Shown piece by piece: positions 61,072-64,000 of a DNA stretch of 64,000 nucleotides. Under the pieces are notes generated by a model. The model had not been told where the DNA came from and did not search any database. It saw only the letters and a program-made list of their open reading frames with translations. Position 1 is the stretch's first letter. Each line of letters starts with the position of its first letter. The stretch comes from Gammaproteobacteria bacterium. Its GTDB lineage: Bacteria; Pseudomonadota; Gammaproteobacteria; UBA4575. The translations under genes and the position numbers were made by a program. The stretch is from the NCBI GenBank assembly GCA_965221955.1, contig CBDCTA010000029.1:495852-559851 (forward strand), read 5' to 3'.

Positions 61072-62216
61072 ACTCTGTTGAAAAGAAATTTGTTAATCAA
61101 AACTTGATGGGTATGCCGCATCAAGATTTGGCACAATATTTTTCTGATCTGGGTGAAAAGTCATTTCGTGCCACGCAAATTATGAAGTGGACACATCAAC
61201 ACGGTATTACTGATTACGTGCAAATGACGAATCTTAGTAAGTCATTGCGTGATTGGTTAAGTGAAAATGCAATCATTCAACTACCTGAAATGTTGAATGA
61301 AGAAATTTCTACTGATGGTACGCGAAAATGGCTGCTACGTGTAAACGAAAAAAATGCTGTGGAGACGGTATACATTCCTGAAGAGGATAGAGCGACATTA
61401 TGTGTTTCCTCACAGGCGGGTTGCACGTTGGATTGCACATTTTGTGCTACCGCAAGACAGGGTTTTGCGGGAAATCTTACCTCAGCACAAATTATTGCCC
61501 AGCTTTGGTTTGCAGAGCATCGCTTACGTAAGCAACTGAATAAGCCAAGAGTCATCAGCAATATAGTATTTATGGGCATGGGCGAACCGTTGGCGAATTT
61601 TGATAATGTGGTGAAAGCCATAGATATCATGATGGATGACAACGCTTACGGGTTAGGAAAACGCAAAGTCACAGTGAGCACATCTGGTATCGTGCCTAAA
61701 ATGGATAAATTGCGTGAAGTGCTGGATGTTAGTTTAGCAGTATCATTACATGCGCCGAATGATGAAATTCGTAATCAGCTTGTGCCTTTAAACCGGCGTT
61801 ATCCAATAAAAGAATTAATTGCAGCTTGTCATCGTTTTCTAGAAGACAAAAACCGCAAACACAGCATTACTTTTGAATATGTCATGTTGGATCAAGTCAA
61901 TGATCAGCCTGAACATGCCAAGCAATTAATCAAAGTGATTAAGGGCTTATCGTCAAAAGTGAACTTAATTCCTTTTAATGCATTTGAAAATTCTGGTTAT
62001 CAACGTTCATCTGATCAAGCGATCGATACATTTAAAGAAATTTTACAAGCTGCAGATATAACTACGATTACACGTCGTCCCCGTGGCGAAGATATTGCAG
62101 CTGCTTGTGGGCAGTTAGCAGGAGATATTAAGGACCAAGTTAAACGCCAGCGTCATTATGAAAAACTATATGAAGCGGATCTTTTGAAACATAAGATCGA
62201 GGTCCAATACGTATGA
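61068..62216 (+). CDS. rlmN: Dual-specificity 23S rRNA/tRNA m2A methyltransferase RlmN (radical SAM)
   Basis: 382 aa with the CxxxCxxC radical-SAM motif ([10 protein letters not shown]). It follows ndk, as in E. coli. Confidence 0.9.
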   Translation: MNSVEKKFVNQNLMGMPHQDLAQYFSDLGEKSFRATQIMKWTHQHGITDYVQMTNLSKSLRDWLSENAIIQLPEMLNEEISTDGTRKWLLRVNEKNAVETVYIPEEDRATLCVSSQAGCTLDCTFCATARQGFAGNLTSAQIIAQLWFAEHRLRKQLNKPRVISNIVFMGMGEPLANFDNVVKAIDIMMDDNAYGLGKRKVTVSTSGIVPKMDKLREVLDVSLAVSLHAPNDEIRNQLVPLNRRYPIKELIAACHRFLEDKNRKHSITFEYVMLDQVNDQPEHAKQLIKVIKGLSSKVNLIPFNAFENSGYQRSSDQAIDTFKEILQAADITTITRRPRGEDIAAACGQLAGDIKDQVKRQRHYEKLYEADLLKHKIEVQYV

Positions 62217-62989
62217 CGCTGCATAAGTTAATTTTGTTGAGCGTAATAGTGCTGATTTTATCTGCATGTGCGACCACTTCTAGCACAGATGAACCTCTGG
62301 GACAAAACCAAAAAGCTGCAGCAATTAATGTGCAGTTAGGCGTGAATTATCTCGGCCAGGGCGAATTTGAGTTAGCAGATAAAAAATTACGTCGTGCTTT
62401 GAAACAAGATCCAAGTTCAGCAACTGCTCATTGGGTGTTTGCTTTGTTGCAGGAAAGACTGGGAGAAGAAGCTGTTGCAGAAAAACATTTTCGTAAAGCG
62501 ATCTCTTTAGACCCTAAAGATTCTAAGGCGCATAACAATTATGGCACGTTCTTATGTAAGCAAGATCGGGTTGAAGAAGCAGAAAAAGAATTTCTTCGCG
62601 CGATTGAAAATCCTTTATACGCTGATGCAGCTTCTGCCTACGCAAATGCGGGTATTTGTGTTTTGAAAGTTCCGGATAAGGTAAAAGCGGAAGAATATTT
62701 TCAAAAGTCATTAGGCTTAAATGCTTCGCATCGTTCTGCTTTGTACCAAATGGCATTGTTAACCTTTGAGCGTCAGGAGTTTGTGCAGACTTCATATTAT
62801 ATGCAGCGTTACGAGAGCGTAGCGAAACATAATTCCCAATCTCTGTGGGTCGCATATCAAACAGAGGCCAGTCTTGGTAACCAAGGTAAAGCAGACGACT
62901 ATGCGCATCAGTTGAAAAGATTATATCCAGCTTCTCAGGAAGCGAGATTGTTAGCAGAAAGTTATTGGAATGCAGGAAGAAAAAATTAA
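62213..62989 (+). CDS. pilF: Type IV pilus biogenesis/stability lipoprotein PilF/PilW (TPR repeats)
   Basis: 258 aa. Lipobox LSAC followed by TPR repeats. Confidence 0.7.
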   Translation: MTLHKLILLSVIVLILSACATTSSTDEPLGQNQKAAAINVQLGVNYLGQGEFELADKKLRRALKQDPSSATAHWVFALLQERLGEEAVAEKHFRKAISLDPKDSKAHNNYGTFLCKQDRVEEAEKEFLRAIENPLYADAASAYANAGICVLKVPDKVKAEEYFQKSLGLNASHRSALYQMALLTFERQEFVQTSYYMQRYESVAKHNSQSLWVAYQTEASLGNQGKADDYAHQLKRLYPASQEARLLAESYWNAGRKN

Positions 62990-63908
62990 TTTCGAGACAC
63001 AAGAGTCGGCTAAAAAGTCGATTGAAAAAAGCGTAAGTATCGGCGCTTTGCTCGTGAACGCGCGTAAAGCTGCTTCATTAAGTCAAGTCGATGTTGCTGA
63101 ACAAATAAATTTACCTTTGCGTATTGTAAAGGCGCTTGAAGCGGATGATTTTGATAACTTACCAGAAGCTACTTATATCCGTGGTTATTTGCGCAACTAT
63201 GCACGTATTGTTGGAATCAATGCAGATCTATTAATTAACACTTTTAAAGAACAGCATCATCAAGAGCCTGAGGTGATTACTCCAATACGCTCTAAACAAA
63301 GTTATGATCCTGCAATACTATGGAGCACGGCCGCAGTATTTACTATTCTTGTTGGTTTAGTGGTTACATGGTGGTTTGAATCTAATCCTGTAACTACACC
63401 GAGTGTTGAACTTGTTAGTAATGAAAGTACTGCGAAAACGAATACTGAGATGAAGCAGGATTTTAAGCACCCTCTCGGTAGTAAAGATGAGTCGGCAGTA
63501 GCTGAAGTCCATGATGAACTCCCAGTGCCGATGATTGATCACCAAACATCAGAAATGAATAATCCCAGCGTTGTTGATGTCATCACTGAAGATCAGCAAC
63601 AAGCGATGGAAGATGAATCACGTAACCCTAATCTGGTGAGTCTAAATGATGGTGCGCAGATGCTTACTGTCACCTATGTAGAAAAAAGTTGGACAGAAAT
63701 CAGAGATGCCGATGCAAATACCCTTATGCAAGGTTTGATTGAGCCCGGAGTCGTGAGAAACTTAAGAGGAAAGCCGCCTTTTGAGGTTTTTCTTGGTAAT
63801 GCACCCGGCGTAGTAATAGAAGTTAATGGGCTCTATTTTGATCATTCGCAATATAATAGAAGTAATCGCACAGCACGATTTCAGGTATCGAGCAGCTCAC
63901 CCAATTAA
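62970..63908 (+). CDS. rodZ: Cytoskeleton protein RodZ (XRE HTH + TM + periplasmic domain)
   Basis: 312 aa. HTH reads LSQVDVAEQINLPLRIVKALE. TM segment is near residue 115. The true start may be downstream of the ORF-track start, which overlaps pilF by 20 bp. Confidence 0.7.
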   Translation: MQEEKINFETQESAKKSIEKSVSIGALLVNARKAASLSQVDVAEQINLPLRIVKALEADDFDNLPEATYIRGYLRNYARIVGINADLLINTFKEQHHQEPEVITPIRSKQSYDPAILWSTAAVFTILVGLVVTWWFESNPVTTPSVELVSNESTAKTNTEMKQDFKHPLGSKDESAVAEVHDELPVPMIDHQTSEMNNPSVVDVITEDQQQAMEDESRNPNLVSLNDGAQMLTVTYVEKSWTEIRDADANTLMQGLIEPGVVRNLRGKPPFEVFLGNAPGVVIEVNGLYFDHSQYNRSNRTARFQVSSSSPN

Positions 63909-63919
63909 ATTATTCTTTG

Positions 63920-63950
63920 CAGAGCCACTCAAAGAGGCTCTGATTTATTA
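63920..63950 (+). terminator. Possible rho-independent terminator after rodZ
   Basis: cagagcc-actcaaaga-ggctctg hairpin followed by atttatta. Confidence 0.4.
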
Positions 63951-64000
63951 ATGCAATGGCTGATATTAGGCAAAAAATGTCGACAAATCTGCCAGGAGCA

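Overview
This 64 kb window is an AT-rich gammaproteobacterial chromosome segment. Gene order resembles Legionellales or Thiotrichales, but I cannot name the organism. It is dominated by co-oriented housekeeping operons on the + strand, whose order mirrors several conserved E. coli clusters:

- panBC, pgi, and the divergent queG/nnr-tsaE-amiB cluster.
- mutL-miaA-hfq-hflXKC-yjeT, followed by hisZ-purA.
- rnr-rlmB, rpsF-rpsR-rplI and dnaB-alr.
- tRNA-Arg and tRNA-Leu, then queA-tgt-yajC-secDF.
- suhB, then trmJ-iscRSUA-hscBA-fdx-iscX.
- ndk-rlmN-pilF-rodZ.

Several accessory insertions break this backbone:

1. A roughly 4.6 kb island lies between amiB and mutL (8509-13160). It encodes an ECF sigma factor with a Cys-pair C-terminal tail, an abutting ArsI/CadI-like VOC enzyme with vicinal cysteine pairs, a DUF1289 Cys-rich mini-protein and an orphan ORF. 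Three copies of a conserved 30-bp imperfect palindrome punctuate it, and sohB and a RibD-C-like reductase follow.
2. A galE, lipoprotein and orphan block sits between purA and rnr.
3. A very AT-rich block of orphan ORFs occupies 34060-36270.
4. A three-gene operon runs 36270-40510: a coiled-coil protein, a membrane protein with an OmpA-like domain, and a GGDEF-EAL protein.
5. A convergent pair (43438-45763) combines a membrane coiled-coil protein carrying an HhH-like domain with an OmpA/BON protein.

The most striking sequence-level signal is an undescribed dispersed intergenic repeat of about 100-140 bp. I count at least seven co-oriented copies. Each sits in an intergenic gap between + strand housekeeping genes; six end 10-60 bp before the next + strand start codon (panB, panC, pgi, nnr, miaA, hscB). 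The seventh follows secF and lacks a + strand gene downstream.

iscS is split by a +1 frameshift in a CCC run. I found no CRISPR array, transposase or prophage genes.
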